Positions 27,588 through 41,520 of a stretch of DNA of 64,000 bases are shown here, one piece after another. The stretch covers positions 90,274,001 to 90,338,000 of the forward strand of contig NC_087437.1 of assembly GCF_036321535.1 (NCBI RefSeq), given 5' to 3'. The position numbers were made by a program, and so were the translations under genes. Below the pieces are notes generated by a model, which did no database searches, had not been told where the DNA came from, and saw only the letters and a list, made by a program, of their open reading frames with translations. This stretch comes from Camelus dromedarius. Taxonomy: Eukaryota. How positions within the stretch are numbered: the stretch's first letter is position 1; each line of letters begins with the position of its first letter.

Positions 27588-27755
27588 GCTGTGTTCCTTT
27601 TTGATCTTGGGAAATCAAGTTAACCTTCCAGGACTTCAGTTACTTTATCTGTAAAATAGATAAAATATCTTCCTCCTAGGACTTTTATTGGGAAAAGTAA
27701 ATGCACACAAAGCACCTAGCACACTGCTTGCCTGAATGCTTTGATAAATGTTTGT
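27588..27755 (+). mobile_element. MIR relic
   Basis: 'gatcttgggaaatcaagttaaccttccaggacttcagttactttatctgtaaaatag...aagcacctagcacactgcttg...tgctttgataaatgtt'. Confidence 0.75.
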
Positions 27756-28142
27756 TTCATTCTCCAAATCTGAGCTTATGTATTTAGGAGGCTGTGTCCT
27801 TGAGTTGCCTGAAATCGTAGGCTTTCAACATCATGTTGAAGAAGAAATCGTGAATATTACACTAATATTTGACTCAGTTTGTAGTATCTGGAGAAAAAAT
27901 CAAAACATCTTTATTTTCTTTAAAGCCAATCATGCTAAAAGAGCTCTACACAGGCATAAACTTCCTAAAACTAAAGCATTCCATTTTTTCCTATGTTTAC
28001 AACTCTCAGAAAGCTTAATCTATTTAATATGTTCAAGATCCAAAAGATTATTTAAAAATACATGACATAAATATGTAGCACAGGTTTGGGCTGTGTTAGG
28101 ATGAATACCAGAGAGTGTTCTCCCTGATTGGGAACAGCATTT

Positions 28143-28245
28143 CTTATCTGGAGTGACATCAGGTGACACCCGTGAATGTTATTTTTAAATCATTGGATCT
28201 GCTTGTTGTTCCAACTGCACCAGCACCTGGTGAAATATGCAGCTG
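28143..28245. promoter_or_regulatory. Candidate muscle/cardiac-type enhancer (GATA, T-box/E-box, MEF2, E-boxes)
   Basis: CTTATCT 28143-28149, CAGGTG 28160-28165, TTATTTTTAA (MEF2 YTAWWWWTAR) 28179-28188, CAACTG 28212-28217, CACCTG 28224-28229, CAGCTG 28240-28245. Motif evidence only. Confidence 0.35.
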
Positions 28246-29986
28246 AGGGGACTTGGCAATTTTAAAATACGTGAATCAGAGATTATTTTTAATTTCAATT
28301 TCAAATGCTATAATCACCTGTATTTAATATTAGCCATATTTAGACAAGCTGCCTGTCTCCACTTAAACGTATCCTTTTTACCTCTGTCATTCTGCAAGTC
28401 AACATTTTAACTGCTTTCTTTCAATATGTAGATTTATCTTCTCCCATGGCTGGGTTGTCATTAAAACTGTCACAAACTAATTATTTATGTATACCTATTT
28501 ATTATTAAACCAGTAAAATCCTCACCCCCACTGACTGCCTTTCTCTCCGGTCACCTTGTGAGCAAAACTTTGCATTTTTCAATTCACTGTTGGTTTCCCA
28601 TCCATCTGTGTGTATATTAAAGCTGCTCTGCTATCCTTAGGGCAAGTCTTATCTGACTAAGTCATACACCTTCCAGTATTGCTACCCTTTTGTTACAGTC
28701 TTACCATTGTACTTTTATTAAAACATTTCTCGTAACAGCACACAAAAGGGTGTTATAACAAAGTATCCCTAAATCATAAAATTAAATTTGAGTTTTGTAG
28801 TATTTGTGAATTGACCTAGAGCCTGGGGAATTTAGGTCATATACTGAGGGAAAACTCAACACTCAAGCGTATCAATAATGTGAAAAGTGCAAGGCAAATC
28901 ACTCCTTTTTTGAGATGCTAATATTTAGTGCCTTTGGATGACATTTGAGTCACCATACAGTGTCAGAATATAGACTTTATAGAAGGCATTATGTGTTGAG
29001 CATGGTCAGGGTAGCAAGAATTAAAAATAAAAAAAACTGTCTTTACTCTTACAAGGGACTTCCAGTCTACTGGAAGAACTGCATGTGTATCTAACTACAA
29101 TAAAGGTTAATGATAATAATTACAATAATAACAAAAATACATGAAATAAAGGGGAGAAAAGGAATGAGTTTTCTTATGCCCTGATTTTTTTTTAAAGTCC
29201 TTCCAAGGTATATAGTTTATTAACTTGTCCAGTTGAGCATATAATAACTATAATATGCCAAATGTTTGTCAAAATGAATAGAATCAAATTAAAATTATGC
29301 AATTGGTTGTTTTCCTTATTTTGAAGAGACTCCTAACTGAACTTAAATGTCTTTATTTCTTTTTCACCTACTTTAAATCATATTCTTGACTTTTTTAGTC
29401 TCCATTAAACCCGTAAAATACATTGATTAGTAGAAATGTTTCAGTATACATTATAATTTTGAAGTTTGATAATTTTGAATTTTAGGATTGATGGTTGCTA
29501 AAATAATAGCAGTGAAGTTTGGGATTTTCTTGGGAGAATGATTATACCACACAGCTGATATAAAATAAAACAGAAAGACATAAGAATTTCTAGATATCAT
29601 ACATGTGTATCCAAAATATGTTTTACTTGAATAAACTATAGGTGTTATAAATGATAATGTCAGTTACCCAATATACAAAGCAGAAATGGCTCTAAAAAAT
29701 GAAAATAAATATTCAGAGGAGGAAGCAAATAACCATAGATGGCCCATTCATTTATCCATATCCTGAGAGATCTGGAACAGGCAGTTTGGATTGATATCAT
29801 AGAGGATACAAAGAGTTATCCTTCACAAAGGAAATGAGAACCAACATTTATCATTCTGACAAAAGGTTATGTGCTTGCATTAAAACTTGTTTCATGCAAA
29901 TATTTAAACATATGGCCTGTAACCTCTCAATTTTGAAATATCCTGCTACTGTTTAATAGTAAAATGAGTATTTGTAATCATCATAT

Positions 29987-30012
29987 ATGTGTGTATGTGT
30001 GTGTGTGTGTGT
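29987..30012. repeat. (TG)n microsatellite, interrupted
   Basis: Read directly. Confidence 0.85.
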
Positions 30013-32280
30013 ATTTTTCTAAGTAACTGATACTGCCTCGTAGACACTTCTCTTTAATGTCTTTTCTTTGCAGGGTCTTAAATATTATTTTCCTAGAGAA
30101 GGTCAAGACAGTAATTAGATTCCATTTCAAAGATTATGATTGTGAAGTTAATTAAAAAGTATTTCTAATTCAAGTCTTTTTCTTAGCAATTTAATATTTA
30201 TAATCTTCAACTGTTTGTGTGTTCATAAGACCTAAAATATGAAATGTCATTTTTTATGTAAAATCAAAACATATATAAAATAGATAAGATTCAGTTAAAT
30301 TGAGATTTTACAACTGGAAAAAAAGACAGTGAAAAAAGCTTGACTTTTGAAAAAAATCTTAACTAATTTATCACAACTGGCTGAAAAATGTCACTTAAAA
30401 CAGTTTATAAAATGACCTAAATTCTTCCACTGTGATTTGATTGTATGATTTGATAAGCTAAGATTTCATTTATAACAAAATAATGACTTCAGTGACCAAA
30501 TATCCCAGGGTCTGTTTTGACAGATGAGTAAAATTAGGTTAAGAAAAATTAAATGTTATCATCCATAACAACACACAAAACAAATCTGGGTGACAGGTAA
30601 GTGCTAAACTTGGAAAATGGATTATGGGGCTCAAAATTCAGAACCCTTGGAAGATAAAACTTCATGAAGTATGTTTTTTTGGTTGCTTGTTATTGTTTGC
30701 TTCATGTTTTTGTTTTTCAATAAGTTTAAGACACCTCCCAAAGGAAAATTTTACATGATGAATATTGAAGGGCACAGGAATCACAAGATCTGTCTAAAGA
30801 AGTGAAGGGAACATCATGGGCTCAATATTCAGATTATCTTGAGTTCAAAATCAAATATTAGTATAGTGTGCTGTCTAACTTCATATTGTTTCCCTTTAAA
30901 TTTAGAGAGTTCACAAATATATAATCATTGGGAACTAGAAAAGTTTTTGATAATATTATACTGACATCAAGTTCTTCTGTCAAAAGAAAGCTTAGCCCAA
31001 ACCCTTTCATGGTACCTTCAAACTTTTATTGAGAGTCAAACCTTGATTTGGCTCTGTCACTACTCTATAACAGCATATACTATAGGAGTCAGTCACTATT
31101 TATTGACTGTTCTTTTCTAGAAAGACTTTCAGGGCCACTGTATGGTCCAAGTGACCTGCATATCTATTCCTTATAGTCTAAGCACTTTTCATTGACTCAA
31201 CCTTCTCTAAGCTCCTCACCAGTTATCTTTAGCCCTGTGTCCCATGTTACCAGCATCTAGGAAATAATAGGTGCTCCAGATGTTCACTGAGTGAGTGAAA
31301 ATATTTTCCCAGAAAGAGTTAATTGATGACTAAGGAGACGTCATTGGAAGTTAACAAATTTGCATACCAACTAATACCAGTATTCCTTCTTTCATACCCA
31401 TAACCTCACAAACCTCAACAAATCTGCAATGAGGGCTTTATTCACTTAACTCACTTCCATTTTATAGATTAGAAACCTGAGTTTCCAAGTTAGAGATGTG
31501 CCTAAAAGCACATATCTTAGCTAAGGACTCCACATGAATATTTTCACTGTTTTCAATTACTCCTAGAAAGAGCAATTGGGACATAAAAATAGATGTTTCT
31601 AATTACAACATCAATTACTTGCATGTATTTCTTTAGAGTTTACTAAGCACTGACACACACATTATACAAGTTTATCTAAATAAGACATCTGTGAGTTTCA
31701 TAGATCACAGGTCATAAACTGTGTCCTTTTTAAGAAGCAGCTGAAGTTTTTTCTGTACAATGTCACTGGTTTTTTCAGAGCTGGTCATATTTTCCTCTTA
31801 AGCATGATTTCAGTGTGTTTTTATGTCTAAGTAGGACTTCCCAGGATTAATTATAACCACTTGACTCCAGGTTTGTTTCCCCCACTTGCGCATGATAGGT
31901 TGGATGTTAGGAAACTTAGGGGTTTCTTCCCATTTATTCAATTAATTCAAAACACTCTTCTTTACATCCGTGCATTGCTGTATTTATCAGAAACTCATGG
32001 TTCAATTCCTCCATCACATGTATTAGAGATGCGTGAATTCAATTCACCCGTATTCAAGAAAACATTTGCCATGAAAATGTACAATGCTAGACATGGAGGG
32101 GAAGATAAAATGAAAACTTACATTTACTCTTAAAATTTTGTAAACACTGAAAGTCTGATAAAAATTAATTTTTGAAATATCTAATGAAAAAATTATTTTC
32201 TCTCTTTATGTTTGTCAGTTTCTATTTCTTTTTTTCTGATTTTCTTTGTCTTCTTGTTTTCATTTGTCTCTCCCTTTCTT

Positions 32281-32304
32281 ACACACACACACACACACAC
32301 ACAC
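32281..32304. repeat. (AC)n microsatellite
   Basis: About 12 AC units read directly. Confidence 0.9.
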
Positions 32305-33851
32305 GCACCACAGAGAATTAATTCAGATGACACTTTCTGGCTTCTTGTCCTTCCCACATTGCTAATCCATAGTGAGAAGATCACAGAAATAATGGCTCAG
32401 ACATTATAACATGAATATGAGCAGTTAGAATCACCAATTGCTCACTGTAGATCATTTAATGTTTTATGTACACTAAAGCACATATTAAAAATGTCATGAA
32501 GAAAAGCCCTGTAGTTTGGTAGTAATAAATGTAAGACAACATGAATCATAAAAGGACAATATATTATAATGGAACAGGAAAGATCAAATGATGGAAAATC
32601 TAATAGAAGTTAAAGCCATAAATAGCTGCACTCTTGTAGTGGAGGGAAATTAAGCATATTGCAATTAAAGAAGAATGAAGACAACATTTCATTCACATGG
32701 GGAGAAATAAGTGAACTTATGTCATACAGGTAAGAACATTGAGAGAATCAATACATTTTGTTGTTCACAGACTACAGAAGTGTCTAATGTCTACTATAAT
32801 ATATATATATATGCTTAATAAATGTAAATCATATGTTAACAAATTTTTTAATCAAATTACAAAATTACCTGTGAAAGATACATTGTTCTCTTGTAGTTTG
32901 TCATATGATGTTAGCCAAGTGATACTACTAGTGGGATTTATGCCTAAATTGGGGCATAATATGTATGGGGGGTATTGGTATGATGCAAAAACAAAAAACA
33001 AAACATGCTGCCAACATTATTGTAAGTACATAAGAAAGTTAAATTAGATTGTAAACAGTCACAGAAAAAGGATATATAGACATACAAGAAAATATGATTA
33101 GAATAAACTCCTCCTCTAGTGTGTTCCAATGGACATTTTAATATTGCTAAATTTTTTATACTGACAATATTTTGAAAATGAACACTGATTAATAGGTTAT
33201 CAGTGTTCGTAAAAATTAGGAGATTTCAGAATAGCATTGCTTCTTTAAACACTGGAAGGGAACAATAATTATAAAGTTATAATTTCTATAAATTAGGCCA
33301 ATTCATTTCAACATTTGTGTTCTAAGTACTACTATATCCAAGGCTCTGTGCTCAATACTGAAGAGGATAGAATGAAAGAGAAGCAGAGTTAAATAAGTTG
33401 TATCTCTAGCTTCACTGGGGTAACTAAATAGGGCAAGCCAACGCACCAGGGGAAATATTTGCAGAAATAAGCAGTGATGAGAATTTATGGGAAAACCATT
33501 GTGATAAGCAGTGCAACCTGCCCCAAGACAAAAGACTTCATAGGGATGATGGATCTTAGATCTGGTTATAAAAGCAATAGGCCTTTCAGACAGTGTGAAC
33601 ATTCACTTGGGCAGATTATACATTTTAACTATATTAAACATAGGTCCTCCTCGGAGGCACCATTTAAAAAAGTAAAATATAGGGCAGCACCAGGATTAGA
33701 AATAAATACTATGACATTTGAAAAACATAACACCAGACTTAGATAATTCTCTTATGTAGACTTGTGTCAGTGATACTGGACACACTGAATCCCCAAAATG
33801 GAAGAGTCCCTAAACAGTCCTGTCCAACTTCAGTGCCTAAGTGAATTAGAG

Positions 33852-33985
33852 GAAGCAGCAGAGTGGAATCTAACATATTTGGGTTGGAGTCCCAGTTAAT
33901 CAACTATCTGTATTATTTTAGACAAGAAACCTTATGTCTTGGAGCTTTTATTTCTCCATCTGTAAAATGGAGATAATACATAGGT
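33852..33985 (+). mobile_element. MIR relic
   Basis: 'gggttggagtcccagtt...actatctgtattattttagacaag...tttctccatctgtaaaatggagataata'. Confidence 0.7.
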
Positions 33986-35856
33986 TTAAGGTCATCTCAA
34001 CCTATCTTGTGTACTTAGACTTATCTCTAGTGTCAAACAGAATGGCACAAAGTACACACTAAATAAACGTTTCTTGAATAAAAATACTTATAAAATTCCT
34101 GGTATATTTCTTTCGACTTTGTGGGCTGTGGGGTTAGGTTACCTTGTTAAGCTACCATTGTAACATTGCATTAATCACAACTTGATTATAAAACTATTTC
34201 TTTAGCATTGTTTTTATTCCTTTACCTTTAACTAAACATACTCAATAAATACATGCTCCATGTATAAAATAAGCACTCAATACATCTGATTCTTTTTCTT
34301 CAAGACTGAAAAAACAAAAAGAAACAAAGAAAAAAGATTCTAACCAGGTTATTAGGGTATGCCAGCTTCCGTAACTGATAACTGCCAATTATTGTACTAA
34401 AACACAGAGAAGATTTTCCCTAGGCCAATTAAGATTTCCATCTTTACGGAAACTCACAAAATGCTTTACCATTTATACTTGACTTTCATTTTTATATTCT
34501 AATTTGAGTCATTCATTCATTAGCAAATTCTGAAGTGCCCATTATCTACCAGGGAATGAAAGCAAGATGGTACTTGCCCACACCATGCCCACAGTTCAGC
34601 AGGAAATTGAGTCATCTGATTCTCAAAAACCCTTGTGATATAATTAGGACAGCCATTTTTAGCTTCAATGTACAGATTAGTGAACAAAAACTTAGAGATA
34701 CTTAAATAACTTTTCCCAGATGATAATTAATATGTGTCAAGGTCTTCTAAGAATAGGATTCTTTCAACACACTACGTTTTCTTATATATTTTCACATCTA
34801 TCATCAACCAAAACAAGTGTTCATGTATTTCAAAACAGAAATCAACGCACTGCTCTATCTTTTCTAAGATAGACTATCTTAAACCTGTAAACCTCTTTAT
34901 AGTTTTCTATATCCTCTTAGCTTTGCCAAATATTATTAAAGTTGAACTATTTTCTCATAAGTTATAATTTTTAAGTATTAGCATCTGCTAGATTATAAAA
35001 TAGGTATTTGATCATACTTTGATTTGTGACTCATAACAAAACATGATGGAAGATAACCAAAAAAAAACAGTAGTCACTGTCTTTTTAAAATCTGAACCTA
35101 CTGAGCAAGCTATCAGAAAATTATAATTTATTTTTATTTTTGTTAACACAGAAGAAAAGCTCGTACAGGGTGTTTGCCCATAACAGTCAATGCACGAAGC
35201 CGCCTCATATTTTTGGCACTCATTTTCAGTCATGTTCATAACGACATGTTTAAAATGAAAGCAAGCTGTCATAAGGCAAGCTGGGGGTAAAAAGAGTTTG
35301 GCAATTAAAAAGCTCCAGCACATTTACCAATCTGAATATCCAAGAATTGTAAATCATTAATCATAAGTAAACCACCTGCTGGGGACACTCTAAGCCAGGA
35401 TAAAGATTTGTCATGTGCATAATTGTCAGTTTCGGATTGAATTTTCATCCAGGGAACAATAGTATTCAAAATGATTTGAGTGAAACTTCTATTAATTTTG
35501 AAAATAAAAATCGTATTCCTCCCTGTATTTCAAATATTGCAGTAGCTCCGTTTAAAACGACAATTGTTTTATATTCCGTTTCATTTTTGTCAATTATTGA
35601 ATAGCTCACTCTTATAGGTGATGAGACAACATTTAACCATTCTTGTGGTTTTAGCCTGCTGTAATTGGAAGCAGAAAAGAAACTGACTTGCTATTAACCT
35701 AAGAGTTTTAGGTAAGCATGCACTTGTCACTCAGTTTTCTTAGCACATAGATGTAAATTTATAGCCTACTTTGCTATGAACTGCAAGCTGAATTTTTACA
35801 ATAACTAGATACTCTCAACTCAGGTCTATTGAAAGTTTTTGAACCCATTACAAAAT

Positions 35857-35874
35857 GTGTGTGTGTGTGTGTGT
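35857..35874. repeat. (TG)n microsatellite
   Basis: Read directly. Confidence 0.85.
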
Positions 35875-36499
35875 TTGCTGGCTTTCATGGTTTGTTTATA
35901 TTGTCAAAAATATATTGGCTCTTTATGATGAAATGGCTAAAAACTCATGGGTCTGACTTAACCATTTGCAAAACTTAAAATAATTTCAATAGAATAGAGG
36001 AAGAGACTCTCCTTCCTCTTGATGCTTACTGCACCAAATCTAGCTTAAACACTCCCTACATTACAGACTGGCATTTTGCTAACACAGAGTAGAGAAGGCC
36101 ACCACTGTCTCAGCCTTGCACAAGGTAGTTCAGACCTTAGGTGGGGGACACAAAGGTTTCACAGTACCCAGGTGTGACATGATATGACGCAGAGATACTG
36201 GCTGCCCCTAAAGCTGCTCACAGAGGTAGGGTTCAAAACTCAGAAATGCAGAGGACATAATTTTGACTAATGAGAGAGTTAGGAAACTTGAAAAAGCCAA
36301 TATTTTCCACAAAAATCCACAGATTCCACAGAAATTTAAAAGCTTATACACTGTTACCCAGCCAAGTGATGCAACTATAATTTGAATTCCAAATCTGTAT
36401 GAGCAAAGGTTTCCCAGTATTGTGAGCATGTGCATTTTTGACACGTGCCACACACATTTTGAGAATGTTGACACTAAACTCCACCTAGGTATGTTTTGC

Positions 36500-36648
36500 C
36501 CATTTCTCAAAGGTTAGATTCCATCAAGAAGACTCATAGGACTTGTTAAAAATACAGAATCTGGGCTCCGCCCCTGTCCTCCCTCAAGATATTTTTATAT
36601 GCTTGATGATACCAATGCAGGTAGTTCTCAGATTAAACTTCAAGAAAA
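36500..36648. mobile_element. hAT-Charlie DNA transposon relic (MER5-like)
   Basis: 'ttctcaaa...catcaagaa...acttgttaaaaatacagaatctgggctcc...gatgataccaatgcagg...acttcaagaaa'. Confidence 0.55.
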
Positions 36649-37039
36649 TGTGATACGGTGGCTCCTGGAATAATGGGATTGCATAGCTTCTTAAACCAAA
36701 TGGCAAAGCTGCTGAGGAAATAGACTCCTGGGTAGCAAGTCTATGATGGTCCTAACAGGTAAGGATTCTAAATTTTCCATAACAAGTATAGATGTCATTC
36801 TGCCGCCGCCCCTATGACTTTCTGGCTTCCCACTTATCTGTATTCTGTCTCATCTTTTTACCCTTATTTCTACTCTTTGTCTATATTCTTTCTTCATTCT
36901 GTACTGTAGTCAAATATAGGCATTTACTTCATTTCAGTTATCAGACAGTAACTTCTTTCTTCCCAGATCTTCAAGATCACCATTGTCATCCCATGTGTCC
37001 TAGCAAGCACTCATTGGCCTCTTGGGTCTGCCCAGACTG

Positions 37040-37635
37040 ATTAGTCCCTGCCAACCCACCATCTTTGATCTTTTCTAAATGCATTTCTGTTCATGCCACC
37101 CTCCTACATAAAACCTCCCATTAGCCTCCCAACATTTCAGAGTAAGCTTACCAGTCTGCAAAGCACTGCATGTTCTATTTCCTCTCTTGAGCATGGTTTC
37201 GCAACATTCTGCCCCCACTCTCTCTGTTCTAGACTAACTGACAAAATTTAAGTCCTTACTACCCAGCATATTTCTGCATGCAAATGACTATGCAAATGCT
37301 CTTCTCCCTAGAACCCTACAGCATGATAGCCCTAGACTCTTCTTCCATGAACCTATTACCCTGATTTTATTTCCTAGACTACTTTCATAGGCAGTCATCT
37401 CTGATCTCCCTGCTTGGGTACAATCCCAGTTATAGGACCTTGCAAACTCCTCAGTGACACTTTTCACAGCTGCAATTTTACATTTTTGATGTAATTATTT
37501 GATTAGCCACAGCCTTCCCCACTGGACTTTAGGTACCATGGCTGTGGGCACCATGTCAGTTTTTGCTTTCCTACGCCCTCCCAGCCAGTGCTTGGCACAT
37601 TTTAGGTGTTCGGTGCACACATCTGTTGAATGTAC
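37040..37635 (+). mobile_element. L2 LINE 3' relic
   Basis: 'atcttttctaaatgcatttctgttcatgccaccctcctacataaaacctcc...ttcccccactggactttaggtaccatg...gtgcttggcacattttaggtgttcggt...tgttgaatg'. Confidence 0.7.
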
Positions 37636-37739
37636 AAAATATTAAAAAGGTCCTTTGTGTTTCTAGGTAATTGGGAATTATTCTATGAACAACAAGGTGA
37701 CGAACTCTGTAAACTGGGCATATAATCAGATCCATGATG

Positions 37740-38140
37740 TAGAAAGATGCTTCACAGCAAAGGGAGATGGCACTGGAGTGGGAACAGACTGGAAGTGAGG
37801 ACAGAGGGAGAGAGCTACTATATCAGTCCAAGTTAGAAAGGGTGAGGGTCCAGACAAGGAAAGTCACATGGGATAGTGGGTTGGGGAGTGGGGAGACTAG
37901 CGTTTGAGAGCAATATGGGAGTAACAGGGATCATTAATAAATGCATATTCAGAAACAAGGAGAATGAGATAGGAGGACATTCTTCCTCGTAAGGAGGTAA
38001 GGAGAAGCAGATTTTGGAGAACAGTATAAATTCATGGTTGAAAACAGTGAGTTATCCATGAGAAGGTTTTATAATTATGCATAAGTCTGCTGCTCCAAAT
38101 CTAGAACCATCAGCATAAAGGTGGACACTGAAACAAGGAG
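37740..38140 (-). mobile_element. L2 LINE relic in the opposite orientation
   Basis: Purine-rich 'agactggaagtgaggacagagggagagagctactatatcagtccaagttagaaagggtgagggtccagacaagg' resembles antisense L2. Confidence 0.55.
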
Positions 38141-41039
38141 ACCATATACAACCTCGTAAATTCAAACTTACAAAGTGCTGTGACTGCTACAGAAACTGCC
38201 TTGTCTCTATCATATAAACCTGATGTTTTTATATGTGTTCTTCCATATCAAGTTTCTTGGAAATATAGCTATACTTCTTCATTTACACTATCCTAATTTC
38301 TGGAAACGTGAACCCTCCTTACCTGGCCATGAAAAGCCGAAGCATCCCCCTTTATAAACAGCTTCTCCATCTCTTATGTCTACTGTCCATATAATGCACC
38401 ACTCATTATCCTGCCAGAACCATCTCTGTAAACCATGCTTTCATCTTAAAAGAATTTGTGATGGCTCTCTGTCATCTTGCACACATAAGTCAAATTTAGT
38501 CTTTTTAAGGCCCTCAGAAACATACCTGTCTTAACTCTGTTCTCCAACATGAAATCTATAGTAATTTAAATCTTATGGTTACAAAATGGCCGCCTTTTTC
38601 TTCTCCTTTTCTCCTATTTCACGCCATGCCTGTTATCAATTTAAGAGCCTGGTAAAAATCATACTTCCCATCTCCTCCACAAATACTCTCAGCCTTTCTC
38701 ATTTCCCACTAATCTCCATTTTTTCACTTTCTTCGGTACACATTTATTGTGAAACTTCTGATACATATTTTCACTTTTAAACCTCTTTGGGTTTCCTTCC
38801 TCCTCCATCACTTCTTGGCATCCACACAGCATGTAGCAAGGCATTTAGCACACGCCAGGTGCTCAGTATGCTCTCTTGCTGATGACTAAGGGAAGATGAG
38901 CTCATATGAATGCACAAGAACAATGAAAAAACTAAGATTTGCCAAATAGTTTTACCTTAATGTCAGTATGACACAATGAAATCTGCTATTGAATAAAATG
39001 AGAGGATAAGTGCCATTTTTTTACCAAATAATTGAGTTCTCAAAGACTTTTGTTTAGAAGTTGAGGAAGAAGCAATTAGAATTTCCCAGTAAAGAACTAC
39101 TTCAGGTCTTGAAAATTCAATTTTGTGTAACATAATTGTATCATTTAGTACACCCTAAAGTTGATTTGAGGGGCCTCTTATTTCTGCCCTTATTTCCTGA
39201 CAATGTGATATATTGTTTCTCATTATGAAAGATTTATTATAAGTTGTCAATAAATATATCACTTTATAAGTATAATTCTATTTCATCTGAACAAAAGAGT
39301 TTATGACAACAAAGTTAGATTGAGTTTTGTGTAGGTAATGAAAAATAGCTGCCTTATTCTATTATTTATTCAGAAGCAGCTCTTCCATAAGATGAATTTG
39401 GTGACCCTGCATGTGAAAGCCTTCCAGAAACTACAGGTTTTATGCTGGTTCAAAATAAACACCTCTGGAAATTAACAAAACAGTGTCTCTGATGACTGGT
39501 ATTTGTAAAAGCTGGGTCATAATTTAGGCTTTCTGAATTCAGTAATGCTTTATTAAAACCCCAGCTAGTCATGTAACATGTTTATATATTCATTTATTCA
39601 CTCACTCATTCATTCAACAACCATTTGAATATAAAATGGAGGGTAAAATACAGCCTCTACCTTTATGGTGCTTTTATTCAGAGCTGTTGACTTACATCAG
39701 TTACTACACCACAGTCTACTTAGAGCACAAATTCTTATAGATTCACAGTTCCAGCTGTGGGTAAATTACTTAAATTATTTGTGTCTCATCTGAAAAGTGG
39801 ATATTATAACTATTTTTGTCAAAATATTATCCTGAAGACTAAATATATTAATATTATCAAACACTAAGAAAAGTTTCTGTTTTTAGTATTACACAGTAAA
39901 TGCTAAATAAATGTTTGCTGCAGGTTAATTTAATATGTTATGATTACTGTAAGTAATGTGTATTTGTTGCAAACTTAGTTGCTTATTGTTGATGATTCAA
40001 AAACAAGGTGTGATTTACCTAAAAACGTATAAATAAAAGAAAATGTGAAGAGTGTGACTTTTGATTAGGTTATATAAAAAGAAAGAGTAGGCAACTCTAG
40101 AAGAATGGAACTTCACATAGCTATTTATTTTCAAAGATAATTAGTAGTTTACTGGCCTACATCTGCTCTAAGGACTTCTACTTGTTTATAAATGTTTTGC
40201 CTATAAAATATCACTCATCTATACTGATTACAAAGCACAAAATAAGCTTTACATTTCCCTTTTCTAAATATAAAATTTGAAATAAAAAATATTTGCTATA
40301 TATTTTAGCTCTTTATATACCTGTATTTTAACTCTTTTTTAAAAGATTGAGTTAACTGAACACTAGGGATTATATATGTACTTGACTAATTAATTGGTGC
40401 AGTTGCCAATCTCATTGCATTTATTAAGAAAATTTTATGAGGACAATAAATCCTAGTTCATCAAGGGAAATTAAAACTTACGGAAGTTGGTAAGAAATAA
40501 TAATCACTACATTCGACAAGTTGAAGATGGCAGCCCATAGGAGGACATTCCCTCGTTACATCCAGTGATTCAGATTTGATGAACATTACTTTGCTCAGTA
40601 CTTCCCTACCACTTCTTGTTCCCTACCCCCTCTAAAAATGCCCTGCTCAAAATGATCACCTTTCTTTTAAATTTCTGCAGGCATTGATTTTGTGTAAGTT
40701 TGGGGAATAACATAATGCCATGGGCAAATTTCACTTATTAATTTCCTTCATTCATTTGAAGTCCAACCACAACATAACCAGGACTTTCAGACCACAACAC
40801 TTTGCATAACATGAAGAACATAAAATTCAACAAATGAATGTACCTCCTAGGTCTCACGTTTAAGATGATTGAGAAAGTGTGGTTATAAAGATTTACAGCA
40901 TATGGAAAACATGTGATGAAGGGAGAAAACAAAATACATTTATTGATGGGGGGAAAATGAAATAACCACAAAAAGGAGAGAGGAAAAAAAAACTTTAGCT
41001 TTAGAAGAGGACAAGCATCATACTAAGGGCTGGTGGTGC

Positions 41040-41520
41040 TGTCGTAGGCAGTCTCTAAAATTACCCCCAATGATACTGGCCTCTGAGTATTTATACTTTT
41101 TTGTAATTCCCTGATTTTGAGTGTGGTCTGGACCTAGGGACTCATTTCTAAAAAATACAATGGCAAAAGTAATGGGATGTCACTTCCCACATTAGGTTAC
41201 AAAAGACTCTGGCTTTTGTCTTGCCCTTCCTCTCTGGCTCTGTCTCACTCATGCTGAGGGAAACCAGGTGCCACGTATGAGCTGCCCAAAAGAGAACTGA
41301 TATTTCTGGACAACAGCCACTGAGGACCTGAGAAGTGCCAACAGCCACATGAGTGAGCTTGGACAACGACCCTCAGTTGAGCCTTAAATTGGCTGTAGCC
41401 CCAGTCTGCACCTTGACTGCAGCTTTGGGAGGGCCCCTGAGCCAGAGGGCCTCCAGCTAAGGCTTGCCTAGATTCCTGACTCACAGAAATTAAGATATGA
41501 TAAATATTTGTTGTTTTAAA
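41040..41520 (+). mobile_element. MaLR LTR (MLT1E/F-like)
   Basis: 'tgtcgtaggcagtctctaaaattacccccaatgat...gagtgtggtctggacctagggact...gccaacagccacatgagtgagcttgg...gattcctgactcacagaa...ataaatatttgttgttttaa'. Confidence 0.9.

Noticed and set aside
30045..30080. Strong plus-strand acceptor tcttttctttgcag
   Set aside because: No matching donor at exon-like distance.
33180..33208. 10-bp perfect hairpin gaacactgat/atcagtgttc
   Set aside because: Too short for a pre-miRNA, and roughly one such stem is plausible by chance in 64 kb of AT-rich DNA.
37278..37297. Two ATGCAAAT octamers 12 bp apart
   Set aside because: They sit within an L2 relic and have no supporting evidence; chance is plausible.
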